64,000 nucleotides of DNA from a virus, in the IMG/VR virus record IMGVR_UViG_3300020474_002475, positions 1 through 64,000 of that record. One strand, given 5' to 3'. The notes under the pieces were generated by a model. That model was not told the origin of the DNA and did no database searches. It saw only the letters and a list, made by a program, of their open reading frames with translations. Position numbers and translations under genes: made by a program. Shown here one piece after another: positions 54,721 through 64,000 of the stretch. The stretch's first letter is position 1. Each line of letters starts with the position of its first letter.

Positions 54721-55065
54721 ATGCCAGTTTATACTTTTGAATGTTGTAAATGCAAACATCTTTTTGAATTATTTGCAAGTTACTCTAATTATAATAGTGC
54801 AAAAGTCGAATGTCCAAAATGTCAAAGTAAAAAAGTAGAGCGTTCCTATGGTATAGATTTACAGAATATGACGGGAAGTGTTGTTAAATCTGATGCAGAT
54901 ATGAAGTTGGGAGATTTAGCAAACAGAAATAGAGACAGAATGAGTGATGATCATAAACAGCATTTATATAATAAGCACAATAAGTATAAGGACCCATCTT
55001 TTAATAAGCCTTTACCCAAGGGTATGTCTAGAACAAAAAGGAAAAACAAAACTAAATGGACATAG
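54721..55065 (+). CDS. FmdB family zinc-ribbon protein
   Basis: MPVYTFECCKCKHLFE...CPKCQSKKVER. Confidence 0.8.
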   Translation: MPVYTFECCKCKHLFELFASYSNYNSAKVECPKCQSKKVERSYGIDLQNMTGSVVKSDADMKLGDLANRNRDRMSDDHKQHLYNKHNKYKDPSFNKPLPKGMSRTKRKNKTKWT

Positions 55066-55364
55066 AAAGTAAAGTTAAAGAGATCTTACAAGATCCGGAA
55101 AAAAGAAAAGAATTTTTGAAGTATGAAGAGTTAGATAGTACTCCTAAGAAGCTGATTGATGCTCCTTACGAAATTATTTTTACAGTAGAAGCTAATATAA
55201 TGGAGCAAAATGAAAAGCACGAAAATGTAAGCTCTAAATTAATACATAAAACAAACTTTCATATGCCAGTACCAGAAGGTAAAGAAGCATTAGAATATAT
55301 GGATGGGTTTTTACAGCACTTTCAAAAGTGTTTACTTAACACAGAAGAGAAGATTAATGAGTGA
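55056..55364 (+). CDS. Hypothetical protein
   Basis: 102-aa ORF in an overlapping chain. Confidence 0.65.
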   Translation: MDIESKVKEILQDPEKRKEFLKYEELDSTPKKLIDAPYEIIFTVEANIMEQNEKHENVSSKLIHKTNFHMPVPEGKEALEYMDGFLQHFQKCLLNTEEKINE

Positions 55365-55725
55365 TATTTTTACAACCGCTAAACAAAAAAATAAACCAAA
55401 AGATGATGAATATTATGTATATTTAGGCGATGAAGACTTTGTAGACGATAATAACAATCTTAGATCTAAGCAAGACGATAACAAGGTTTTAGCTAAAAAA
55501 ATCTATAGAGACAATGGCGGATACAAACTTATGATAAAATGTGATTCGTATAATAAACCATTTGATCCAGATAATCAAATACAGTCCGCAAATAAGACTG
55601 TAGCATCGTATAAAAATGGACATAAGTTTATTACAGTTGGTCAAAAGGCTTTTGATCATTATTTAATGTTTTTACAAACTAAAAACAAATCGTGGCTATT
55701 GAATACAGAAAGAGAGTTGATATAA
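55357..55725 (+). CDS. Hypothetical protein, paralog of 54337..54720
   Basis: YYVYLGDEDFVDD...VLAK...FDHYLMFLQTKN. Confidence 0.7.
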   Translation: MSDIFTTAKQKNKPKDDEYYVYLGDEDFVDDNNNLRSKQDDNKVLAKKIYRDNGGYKLMIKCDSYNKPFDPDNQIQSANKTVASYKNGHKFITVGQKAFDHYLMFLQTKNKSWLLNTERELI

Positions 55726-56048
55726 TGGCAAGAGTAAGCAAAGCACAAACATACGCCGTCAGGTGGCTTGATCACGAGAATAAGAATACAGAGGATATTG
55801 CATCTGAATTAAATCTCTCTGTTAAACAAGTGGCTAACATATTAGAAAAATATGGCAAGTCAGAAGGTTCCGTTGATACTAAACAGCAGCCCGTTTCTGG
55901 CGTCAGAAATATGATGAATTCAAAAACAAATAGCAACAAGGGCGTGACAGTAATGACTCAAGAAGCTTCAATGGCTATTCAAGAAGCCGCAGAAAAAAAA
56001 CCACCATCCACAGACAGGTCATCTTATATCTATAGTCCTAATGGTTAA
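55725..56048 (+). CDS. HTH-containing hypothetical protein
   Basis: TEDIASELNLSVKQVANIL; TAATG overlap. Confidence 0.65.
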   Translation: MARVSKAQTYAVRWLDHENKNTEDIASELNLSVKQVANILEKYGKSEGSVDTKQQPVSGVRNMMNSKTNSNKGVTVMTQEASMAIQEAAEKKPPSTDRSSYIYSPNG

Positions 56049-56051
56049 TAG

Positions 56052-56468
56052 ATGTATATATCAAAATATTCTAACGGCAAAAAGGTATCTGATGCTCAGT
56101 ATATCACAGAAATAATATGTGAGCATAAAGCCAAAAGAGATAAAAAGGATCTACATTATAGATTCTGGCTTAATAAAGAATGGGAAAAGTTTTTTAAAAG
56201 TCAAATAGCTTCTGCGCACAAGCTATTAAAACAATATGGGGCTCAAGCAATAGTAGCAGCTTTAAATAATCCTAGAACTAGAAATACATATTCTCTTAGA
56301 TCTAAATATTTAAAGCCAATTATTGAAAGTGAACAAAAGATTCTAGATAATAAAAATAATTCTCTATCTAAAGAAATAGAAAGAATTAGTGATCCAACAT
56401 CATTTAGAAAAGTACAAGTAAAGAAAAACATTTTGTCTAATTTAGAGGATATAGATAATGAGCATTAA
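56052..56468 (+). CDS. Hypothetical protein (replication module)
   Basis: 138-aa ORF directly upstream of recA. Confidence 0.7.
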   Translation: MYISKYSNGKKVSDAQYITEIICEHKAKRDKKDLHYRFWLNKEWEKFFKSQIASAHKLLKQYGAQAIVAALNNPRTRNTYSLRSKYLKPIIESEQKILDNKNNSLSKEIERISDPTSFRKVQVKKNILSNLEDIDNEH

Positions 56469-57471
56469 GACAGATATTAAAAAGAACTTTGGCGACAATA
56501 TTATACTATCCGGTAATTCGGTTATAGATAAAAAAGTATTAAATGTATCAATTAGTCCTTCGCTAGACATAGCATTAAATGGAGGTATTCCAGAAGGAAG
56601 TTTTATGATATTGACAGGGCAACCTAAATGTGGTAAAACTACAACATCTCTCCAGATTGCTGCTTTAGCACAGCAAAAACAATATGCTTATGGAGATTTT
56701 GAAAAGGGTAGAGAAGTGTATTTTCTAAACATTGAAGGTAGGATTAAGAAAAGAGACTTAGCTGGAATTAAAGGATTAGATTTAGATAGATTTCATATCA
56801 TAGGCTCTAAGACAGGTAAGATTTTACACGCAGAAGAATATTTGCAGATGGCTGAAAAAATCATTAATGAAGTTCCCGGCTCTGTCGTTATTATAGATTC
56901 ATATTCAGCTCTATGTACAGAATCAGAGATTACTTCAGACATGAGTAAAATGCAAAGAGCAGATGGCGCCAAGCTATTAGCAAAATTTTGCAGGAAAGTA
57001 GCTAATGTTATACCTGTTAATAAAAATATTGTTATGGGCATCACTCATCTTATGGGAAATCCTGGTTATGGCAGCAGTGAATGGAAAGAAAAATCTGGGC
57101 AGGCTATTGCTTATCAAACAGATGTAAAAATAAAAGCTACATATTTTAAACCGTGGACAGTCGGAAAAGAAGAAACACAGATTGGACAAACAATAGAATG
57201 GCAAGTTGTTTGCTCGGCTTTAGGTCCTCCTGGTGCTAAAATTACTAGTTATATTAGATATGGACAAGGCATAGACAAAGAGATGGAGCTATTTAATCTT
57301 GCAACAGATTTGGGAATTATTGACAAGGCAGGAGCTTGGTATACATTTACGACAGTTAAAGATAGTCCCAAATTCCAAGGAGCAGAAAAGTCTAGAGATT
57401 ACTTAGCACAAAATCCTAAACTATATACTTCTTTATGGAATACTGTTAAAGAGACAATGGGAATTAAATAA
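56458..57471 (+). CDS. recA: RecA/UvsX-like recombinase
   Basis: SLDIALNGGIPEG, Walker A GQPKCGKTT, IIDSYSAL, GIDKEMEL...LGIIDKAGAWY. Confidence 0.9.
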   Translation: MSIKTDIKKNFGDNIILSGNSVIDKKVLNVSISPSLDIALNGGIPEGSFMILTGQPKCGKTTTSLQIAALAQQKQYAYGDFEKGREVYFLNIEGRIKKRDLAGIKGLDLDRFHIIGSKTGKILHAEEYLQMAEKIINEVPGSVVIIDSYSALCTESEITSDMSKMQRADGAKLLAKFCRKVANVIPVNKNIVMGITHLMGNPGYGSSEWKEKSGQAIAYQTDVKIKATYFKPWTVGKEETQIGQTIEWQVVCSALGPPGAKITSYIRYGQGIDKEMELFNLATDLGIIDKAGAWYTFTTVKDSPKFQGAEKSRDYLAQNPKLYTSLWNTVKETMGIK

Positions 57472-57878
57472 TGGATGTGATCGACTTAGATGGCAAAATA
57501 CAAAAATGGGCTTTAACAGGACATATAGCCAAAGGTAGTAGGCAGAATAAGTCTACTTTACATTTACAAGCAAGAGATGTTATAAAAAATATCCATCCCA
57601 CTTTACAACTTTTAGAGGAGGTTTCGATACCTTTAAGGAGAACTGAAACTTTGTACCTTGACTTTTACTTGCCTTTGACTAAAACATGTATAGAGGTGCA
57701 TGGCGAACAGCATTATAAATTTGTGCAATTTTATCACAATAATACTCTTGGCTTTTTAAAACATAAAAAAAGAGATGCCGAAAAAAAAGAGTGGTGTCAA
57801 AAAAACGACATTAGATATATTGAGTTTCCATATAATGAGTCTGTAGAGGAATGGACCAAAAGGATGACTGATGAGTAA
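57471..57878 (+). CDS. PD-(D/E)XK / Vsr-like endonuclease
   Basis: LEEV...LYLDFYLP...IEVHGEQHY...RDAEKKEWC. Confidence 0.75.
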   Translation: MDVIDLDGKIQKWALTGHIAKGSRQNKSTLHLQARDVIKNIHPTLQLLEEVSIPLRRTETLYLDFYLPLTKTCIEVHGEQHYKFVQFYHNNTLGFLKHKKRDAEKKEWCQKNDIRYIEFPYNESVEEWTKRMTDE

Positions 57879-58356
57879 AACAAGCAAAGAAGAATTACAG
57901 CATTGGGATGCGGTTTTAGACGAGTATGAGTCGTCTATAGGTCTTCCTCCATATCTTGATGATAATATGCCAGCAGAAGAATTAAATTCATATTTAACAA
58001 TGAATCGTAATGAATTAGAAAAATTGACACCTGATGATTGTGGAGAAATTGCATACAGATTATCACAATTCTGTTTTCATATACAAAGAACAATTAATAG
58101 AGAAATAGCTAGACATAATTGGGCTGATGAAAAAATTAAAGAAGTTATAGCAGACCAAATTAATAATTACAAAGGTTATGGCTATATTGAAAAATCTTTA
58201 CAGGCGATTAAACATAATGAAAAGGCTTATTCTTTGAGTCAGATAAAAAGATATGCTAAACAAAGAATGGATAGACTTTCTTACATAGCAAATACAACAA
58301 AAAACTTATCGGATATCATAATTTCTATACAACGAAGTAAGGTGAAAAATGGGTAA
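57871..58356 (+). CDS. Hypothetical helical protein (possible recombination mediator)
   Basis: Helical 161-aa ORF between recA and dnaB; function inferred from position only. Confidence 0.55.
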   Translation: MSKTSKEELQHWDAVLDEYESSIGLPPYLDDNMPAEELNSYLTMNRNELEKLTPDDCGEIAYRLSQFCFHIQRTINREIARHNWADEKIKEVIADQINNYKGYGYIEKSLQAIKHNEKAYSLSQIKRYAKQRMDRLSYIANTTKNLSDIIISIQRSKVKNG

Positions 58357-58735
58357 TGTAGATACTGACAAACTAAAACAATTGTTGTATGCAATGATAG
58401 AAACATTAGATGGAGAAACATCTGAATCTAGTGAAAAAGTAGAAGAAACAAAAGATGTAAACTCTAATGCTCAACAACCAAAGAATTCTCGTAGAAAAAG
58501 ATACGGTGGAGAAGAAAATTTATTTTTAAGCATGCCAGAAAAAGACATGCATAAGGCAGATGTTGAAATAGATAAAAAACTAGCACCTAAACAGTTAACG
58601 GCAAGAAACAGAGTTTCTACAGAAATGGATGTCCGATGTAGAATTTGCGGCAAAGAGCAGAGGGTAAGCAAATCTTTGATAACTGATGGTGCCCATAGAT
58701 ATAAATGCAATGATTGTTCTAGGAGTTCAGGCTAA
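58349..58735 (+). CDS. Hypothetical protein with C-terminal zinc ribbon
   Basis: CRICG...YKCNDC. Confidence 0.7.
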   Translation: MGNVDTDKLKQLLYAMIETLDGETSESSEKVEETKDVNSNAQQPKNSRRKRYGGEENLFLSMPEKDMHKADVEIDKKLAPKQLTARNRVSTEMDVRCRICGKEQRVSKSLITDGAHRYKCNDCSRSSG

Positions 58736-60201
58736 TGATATTGTGTGATCCTGCAGCAGAACGTGCTGTTCTTAGCACCATTATGCAAAATGGTGACAAA
58801 TCTTACTTGGAAATTTCTGATATAGTAAATGAATCTACGTTTACTGTTGATAGCAACCAATATTTGTATCAGTGTTTAAAGCACATTTGCGAACAAAGCT
58901 CATGCAGCAATATAGATATTGCTTCTGTATTTTCTGCGGCTCAAGAACTTGGATTATCTCATTTATTAAACACAAAGTCGGAAGCCCAGCATATTAAAGC
59001 AATCAAAGATTTTCCTGTAGAAAAAAGCAATCTTAGGAAATTTGGTGCAAAAATTAAAAAATTAGAGATTGCCAGAGATCTACATAAACAGCTTAAAGAT
59101 ACACAAGACAAGATTTTAGACATTAACGGAAATGAAAGCATAACTTCTATTTTGGGTATAGCAGAAGATTCGATATTTGATTTTTCTTCTAAGTTAAATG
59201 ATTCAGAATCTGGACCACAAACAATCGGTGAGAATATTGAAGACTATGTAAAGTATCTAGAAGAAAATCCCATCGAACAAGTTGGTATTTCTACAGGCTT
59301 TCCTGTATATGATAAGTCTATTGGTGGAGGTTTGAGAAAGAGTACCGTAAATGTTATAGCTGCTAGACCTAAAACTGGTAAAACATTGTTGTCTGACAAT
59401 ATGGGATATTATATAGCAAACACCTTGAATATTCCTGTTTTAAATATGGACACGGAAATGACTAGAGAGGATCATGTTCATAGATTATTGGCTATGTCAA
59501 CAGAGATAGAAATGAATCAAATAGAGACAGGTAGGTTCGCAGAATCTCCTAATCTTAAAAAGAAGATATATGAAAGCGCTAATAAAATTTCTAAGATACC
59601 ATACTACCATAAAAGCATTGCAGGTAAACCATTCGAAGAACAATTAGCGGTAATGAGAAGATGGATAGTTAAAGAAGTAGGCTTAAAACCAGATGGTACA
59701 GCTAAAGACTGTGTTGTATTTTACGATTACTTAAAATTAATGGATACTCAAGGTATGAGTCAAGATCTAAAAGAGTATCAAGTTTTAGGTTTTATGATGA
59801 CGCAATTACATAATTTTTCTACTAAATATGGCATTCCTGTTGTCGCTTTTGTTCAGTTAAATAGAGATGGCATTACAAAAGAGTCGACAGATACGGCAAG
59901 CGGTTCTGATAGAATTATCTGGCTATGTAGCAATTTTACAATATTTAAAAAGAAAACAGATGAAGAAATTGCAGAAGACGGACCAGACAATGGCAATAGA
60001 AAACTAATACCAATTATTAGTCGTCATGGCGGAGGATTAGACGACAATGATTATATAAACTGTCATATGAAAGGCTGGTGTGCTAAAATTGCTGAAGGTC
60101 AAACTAGATTAGAATTAACTTCAGGTGGTAGTAATAACTTTAAAGATGATGGGTTCATAGTAAATGAAAATGATGAAAATGAAAAAATTGAATTCGTATG
60201 A
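58735..60201 (+). CDS. dnaB: Replicative DNA helicase
   Basis: AERAVL; GISTGF..YD..IGGGLR; AARPKTGKT; DTEM; YDYLKL; QLNRDG; GSDRI. Confidence 0.92.
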   Translation: MILCDPAAERAVLSTIMQNGDKSYLEISDIVNESTFTVDSNQYLYQCLKHICEQSSCSNIDIASVFSAAQELGLSHLLNTKSEAQHIKAIKDFPVEKSNLRKFGAKIKKLEIARDLHKQLKDTQDKILDINGNESITSILGIAEDSIFDFSSKLNDSESGPQTIGENIEDYVKYLEENPIEQVGISTGFPVYDKSIGGGLRKSTVNVIAARPKTGKTLLSDNMGYYIANTLNIPVLNMDTEMTREDHVHRLLAMSTEIEMNQIETGRFAESPNLKKKIYESANKISKIPYYHKSIAGKPFEEQLAVMRRWIVKEVGLKPDGTAKDCVVFYDYLKLMDTQGMSQDLKEYQVLGFMMTQLHNFSTKYGIPVVAFVQLNRDGITKESTDTASGSDRIIWLCSNFTIFKKKTDEEIAEDGPDNGNRKLIPIISRHGGGLDDNDYINCHMKGWCAKIAEGQTRLELTSGGSNNFKDDGFIVNENDENEKIEFV

Positions 60202-61318
60202 CCAAGCCAAGTTAAAGGCTATGTCAGACAGCTTGTGTGATAATATAGAAGAACTATTAGATGTCTTAGATGTTACAGACTACAGGATATCTGATAAAAT
60301 GGTTATTTGTAGTTGTCCAATACACGGTGGAGATAATCCGTCTGCATTTAATTTATACCACACTGGAGATAGCTATAGGGGCAATTGGAAATGCAGGACT
60401 CACAATTGCGAAGAAATATTTAAACCTTCTATACTGGGTTTTATTAGAGGATGTCTGTCTAATAAAAAGTATGATTGGTCTTCGAAAGAAGGTCAGGTTT
60501 GTACATTTAAAGAAACAATAACTTTTGCTGAACGCTTTTTAGGCAATAAACTTGATGACATAAAAATATCTAGCAAACAAAAAGAAAAAACTAGCTTTGT
60601 TAATGTTGTTAAATATATCAATACAAAAAACGAAGAAGAAACAAATAAAATACCTAGAAGCACAATTGTCTCGTCTCTAGATATACCATCCAAATACTTT
60701 ATAGAAAGAGGTTTTTCTAAAGACATTTTACTTAAATATGACGTAGGAGACTGCAATACAGCAAGCAAACCTATGTTTGGCAGGGCAGTGGTGCCAGTAT
60801 ATGATCAAGATTATAAATATATGGTTGGATGTACTGGAAGATCTATAGACAATAAATGTAATAAATGTTCATGTTATCATAAAAGTTCGGAATGTCCACC
60901 AGAAGATAAGCAATATCTGCATTCTAAATGGAGACATAATTTTGGTTTTAAAACACAAAACCACTTATATAACTACTGGTTTGCAAAAGACCATATAAAG
61001 AAAACGGGTAAGGTTATATTAGTAGAAAGTCCCGGTAATGTATGGAGACTAGAAGAGGCTGGTATACACAATTCTGTCGCCTTATTTGGTGCTTCATTAG
61101 CAGATATACAAAAAATGATTTTAGATATATCTGGAGCAATGACTATATATACTATTATGGACAATGATGACGCCGGTAAAAAAGCAGCGGAAAATATATA
61201 TAAAAAATGTGAAAGAATATACAATGTTCATAACATAGAGCTTGAACAGGCAGATGTAGCTAGTATGAATGTTGATCAAGTTAAGGACTTTATAAAACCA
61301 AGGATAGACCATGACTAA
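60164..61318 (+). CDS. dnaG: DNA primase (zinc-binding domain plus TOPRIM)
   Basis: CPIHGGDNPSA...WKCRTHNC; LVESPGNVWRL; MDNDDAG; exact start among several Met uncertain. Confidence 0.85.
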   Translation: MKMMKMKKLNSYDQAKLKAMSDSLCDNIEELLDVLDVTDYRISDKMVICSCPIHGGDNPSAFNLYHTGDSYRGNWKCRTHNCEEIFKPSILGFIRGCLSNKKYDWSSKEGQVCTFKETITFAERFLGNKLDDIKISSKQKEKTSFVNVVKYINTKNEEETNKIPRSTIVSSLDIPSKYFIERGFSKDILLKYDVGDCNTASKPMFGRAVVPVYDQDYKYMVGCTGRSIDNKCNKCSCYHKSSECPPEDKQYLHSKWRHNFGFKTQNHLYNYWFAKDHIKKTGKVILVESPGNVWRLEEAGIHNSVALFGASLADIQKMILDISGAMTIYTIMDNDDAGKKAAENIYKKCERIYNVHNIELEQADVASMNVDQVKDFIKPRIDHD

Positions 61319-62036
61319 AATTATAGCATTTTCTGGAAAAAAACAGTCAGGTAAAAATACCTGTGCAAATTTTATATATTCTACATATATGGCAAATCTT
61401 AAAATTAGTAAAAAAATACACATCAATGATCTTGGAGAAATAGAAGTATCTGATCTCTTTGGTAAAAAAGAATATTCGGGAATATTTAATCCAGAAAGAT
61501 ATGATTCTACAGATTTTATTTTACAACAAGCACTAACAAAAGTTAATCCTCATATTAAACTTTATAGCTTTGCTGAACCTCTTAAAACGGATATCTGTAT
61601 TAATATATTGGGACTAAGCTATGAACAATGTTATGGGTCGGATAATGATAAAAATTCAATAACAGATTTACAATGGGAAAACAAAAACTTAACAGCTAGA
61701 GATGTTATGCAAATTGTTGGTACAGACATTTTACGAAAAATGAAACCAGATGTTTGGACTAGCGCACTAATAAGAAAAATCAAAAGCGATAACCCCAATC
61801 TAGCCATTATTACAGATTGTAGATTTCCTAACGAAGTTGATTGCATACAAGACAATGAAGGTGTTGTTATTCGTTTAACAAGAAGTACTAGTGATTCTCA
61901 ACATAGCAGTGAAACTATCCTAGATAGGAACAATTATGCGTGGGACAATTTTGACTATGTACTCGATAATAACAATTTGGATATATATAATCAGTCTTTG
62001 TCAATAGAAAAAATACTAAAAGAGGTGTTATCATAA
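61311..62036 (+). CDS. Deoxynucleoside monophosphate kinase
   Basis: IAFSGKKQSGKNT, SFAEPLK, RDVMQIVGTD, ITDCRFPNE, HSSE. Confidence 0.85.
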   Translation: MTKIIAFSGKKQSGKNTCANFIYSTYMANLKISKKIHINDLGEIEVSDLFGKKEYSGIFNPERYDSTDFILQQALTKVNPHIKLYSFAEPLKTDICINILGLSYEQCYGSDNDKNSITDLQWENKNLTARDVMQIVGTDILRKMKPDVWTSALIRKIKSDNPNLAIITDCRFPNEVDCIQDNEGVVIRLTRSTSDSQHSSETILDRNNYAWDNFDYVLDNNNLDIYNQSLSIEKILKEVLS

Positions 62037-63082
62037 TTATTACATATTTTCGTAGTTCTAGCTATAACACACACAATATGTGTGAACAACAATATCTATT
62101 TGATTATGTTCTTGGCTATAGATCTCCGTCTAATAAAAAAGCAGACAAAGGTACAATTGTACACAAAATATTGGAAATATTAGCTTTTGTTAAATTTACC
62201 ATACAAAAAAATGAACAAACATTTGAAGATGATATTTTGGGTAAAATCAATGTTTATAATTATGATTTAGACGATATTATTGATAGAGTCTATAATTTTT
62301 ACACATCGCACTTTACACATCATGAATGGAAAGATGTGGACCATAGAGATTGTAAAAAATGGAGTTATAAAGCGATAGAATATGCAGGAGGTATGTTTGA
62401 TCCTAGAAATAGAACCATCTTATATCCAGAACAAAGATTTGATATAACAATTGAAAAGCCTTGGGCAGAGTATGAATATGAATTGCCTAGCGGAGAAAAA
62501 CTAAAAGGACACCTATCTATTAAGGGTACTATCGATTTAATTACCAAACCAAGTGACAATACATTAGAAATCGTCGACTGGAAAACAGGGAGAAGACTTG
62601 ACTGGGCTACAGGACAAGAAAAAACTCAAGAAAAACTAGAAACAGATCCGCAGCTTATGATATACTATTATGCTGCTCAAAAACTCTATCCTGAAATAGA
62701 TCATTGTATCGTAACGATATACTTCATTAATGATGGTGGTCCTTTTAGTATGACATTCGACAAATCGCATTTACAAAAAACGGAAGACTTACTAAGAGAA
62801 AAATTTTATAAAATTAAACAATCCAATAAACCTCGACTATCTAAAACTTGGAAATGTAGAAAATTGTGTCATTATGGTAAAAATACTTTTCAAGGACATG
62901 ATAGTATATTGCCGATGCTTGAATATAGAGAAGGTCAAGTATGTAATCCGGGATATAATATGACGATGTGCGAACAAGTAGCTCATGACATAAAAACTAA
63001 AGGTTTAAAAAATGTTGTTGACGAATACACTGTTCCAGGGTATAATGTAGGACATTACCAAGCTCCTGGAAGTACAGAATGA
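62033..63082 (+). CDS. PD-(D/E)XK (RecB/Cas4-like) exonuclease; probable non-canonical start at 62033 (ORF track starts at 62078)
   Basis: KGTIVHKILE, EQRF, KGTIDL, IVDWKTG, QLMIY, CRKLC; frame open from 62033 (IIITYFRSSSYNTHNMC) with GAGGTG RBS. Confidence 0.8.
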   Translation: MIITYFRSSSYNTHNMCEQQYLFDYVLGYRSPSNKKADKGTIVHKILEILAFVKFTIQKNEQTFEDDILGKINVYNYDLDDIIDRVYNFYTSHFTHHEWKDVDHRDCKKWSYKAIEYAGGMFDPRNRTILYPEQRFDITIEKPWAEYEYELPSGEKLKGHLSIKGTIDLITKPSDNTLEIVDWKTGRRLDWATGQEKTQEKLETDPQLMIYYYAAQKLYPEIDHCIVTIYFINDGGPFSMTFDKSHLQKTEDLLREKFYKIKQSNKPRLSKTWKCRKLCHYGKNTFQGHDSILPMLEYREGQVCNPGYNMTMCEQVAHDIKTKGLKNVVDEYTVPGYNVGHYQAPGSTE

Positions 63083-64000
63083 AAAATTATATTCCATTAC
63101 ATGTTCACAGTCATTATTCTCTATTAGATGGCTTATCTAAGCCCGAACAAATAGCAAATAGATGCAATAAGATTGGAGTAAATAGCTGTGCTATTACAGA
63201 CCATGGCTCTATCTCCGGTGCAGTACAAATGTATTCAGCACTTAAAGCTAAAAATATAAAGCCTATATTAGGCTGTGAACTGTATTTGGCGTTTAACGAC
63301 TCCTGTATAAAAACAAAAGAGAATATAAAATTAACTCACTTTCTTGTTTTGGCCAAGAACTTAGAAGGTTGGAAAAATTTAATAAAAATAGTTTCTACGT
63401 CCAACAGCGAAGAAAACTACTACAGAAAACCTAGACTTTCTATAGATAAACTTAAAGAACTAGTTACTGGCAAAAATTTAATTAGTTTTTGTGGTCACAT
63501 GGGATCTTATTTGCCAGATTTAATAGAACAGCATCCAGATAATTATAAAAAACATTGCCTAAATTTTATAGACGAGATGAAAGATATTTTTGGTAAAGAA
63601 AATTTCTTTTTAGAATCTCAGCTTATGGACAAAGAGTATATGCCTAAGCAGATAGAGCTTTCTGATATAATGAGAGACCTATCGTCTTTATCAAATACCA
63701 AAGTCTTAGCGACCCCCGATGCTCATTACGCAGAGCAAGAGGATGCTATAGATCAAAGAATTCTATTATGCAATAATATTAAAACAACCCTCACTAATAT
63801 TAACAAAAAAATTATTAATGAAGAAAGTGTTCCTTTTGATTGTTTCTTTAAGTCTGATAAGTATTATATTTTATCTCCAGAAGAGATGAATGAATTACAT
63901 AAAGAAGAAGAAATAGAAAACACACAACTGGTAGATAGTATGTGTGAAGAGTATGATATTTTAAATAAGCCCTTATTGCCTCCATTTAGATGTCCTAATG
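63079..64000 (+). CDS. dnaE: DNA polymerase III alpha subunit, PHP domain (3'-truncated by window end)
   Basis: MKNYIPLHVHSHYSLLDG...AITDHG...KPILGCELY...LAKNLEGWKNL...YRKPR...TPDAHY. Confidence 0.9.
   Translation, partial: MKNYIPLHVHSHYSLLDGLSKPEQIANRCNKIGVNSCAITDHGSISGAVQMYSALKAKNIKPILGCELYLAFNDSCIKTKENIKLTHFLVLAKNLEGWKNLIKIVSTSNSEENYYRKPRLSIDKLKELVTGKNLISFCGHMGSYLPDLIEQHPDNYKKHCLNFIDEMKDIFGKENFFLESQLMDKEYMPKQIELSDIMRDLSSLSNTKVLATPDAHYAEQEDAIDQRILLCNNIKTTLTNINKKIINEESVPFDCFFKSDKYYILSPEEMNELHKEEEIENTQLVDSMCEEYDILNKPLLPPFRCPN

Noticed and set aside
62033-63082. Cas4-like nuclease as part of a CRISPR-Cas system
   Set aside because: No array or other cas genes seen; it sits in the replication module as is common for phage exonucleases
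50840-64000. Inteins or introns in nrdJ, recA, dnaB, dnaE
   Set aside because: Lengths are ordinary and no intein splice motifs or interruptions were noticed; the HNH gene is free-standing
1-64000. Stop-codon reassignment as in some large phages
   Set aside because: TAA, TAG and TGA all end genes at sensible boundaries, and coding density is high with the standard code

Overview
AT-rich, gene-dense 64 kb segment of a large dsDNA bacteriophage (jumbo/'huge' phage-like). It uses the standard genetic code with Shine-Dalgarno starts and ATGA/TAATG gene overlaps. A DUF1559 prepilin-type gene points to a Planctomycetota host (inference). Layout: (1) 1-11.9 kb, giant modular polyproline-linked fibre-like proteins (FN3, LamG, cupredoxin-like, cyclophilin domains) plus an RCC1-repeat protein; (2) 11.9-19.2 kb, a minus-strand operon of eukaryote-like glycan enzymes (GT60, PLOD-like GT, GT10, sulfotransferase); (3) 19.4-29.9 kb, the DUF1559 pilin-like gene and a second glycosyl/methyltransferase cluster; (4) 30-42.7 kb, a sigma factor, ClpP, an apparently dead DeoC-like protein, virion/membrane proteins and a papain-like peptidase; (5) 42.7-50.2 kb, rmlB/rmlC and a third glycan cluster; (6) 50.2-64 kb, nucleotide metabolism and replication genes (dCMP deaminase, class II RNR, PhoH, HNH, RecA, DnaB, DnaG, dNMP kinase, PD-(D/E)XK nuclease, DnaE). 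The best candidate for a novel system is an extensin/mucin-like (Ser-Pro-Pro-Pro) virion fibre carrying its own prolyl isomerase domains, next to a GT60/PLOD/GT10/sulfotransferase operon. Other highlights are a recurrent intergenic GTGTAT motif (candidate phage promoter) and a probable ATA/ATT start codon. All family assignments come from motif recognition by eye; no searches were run.
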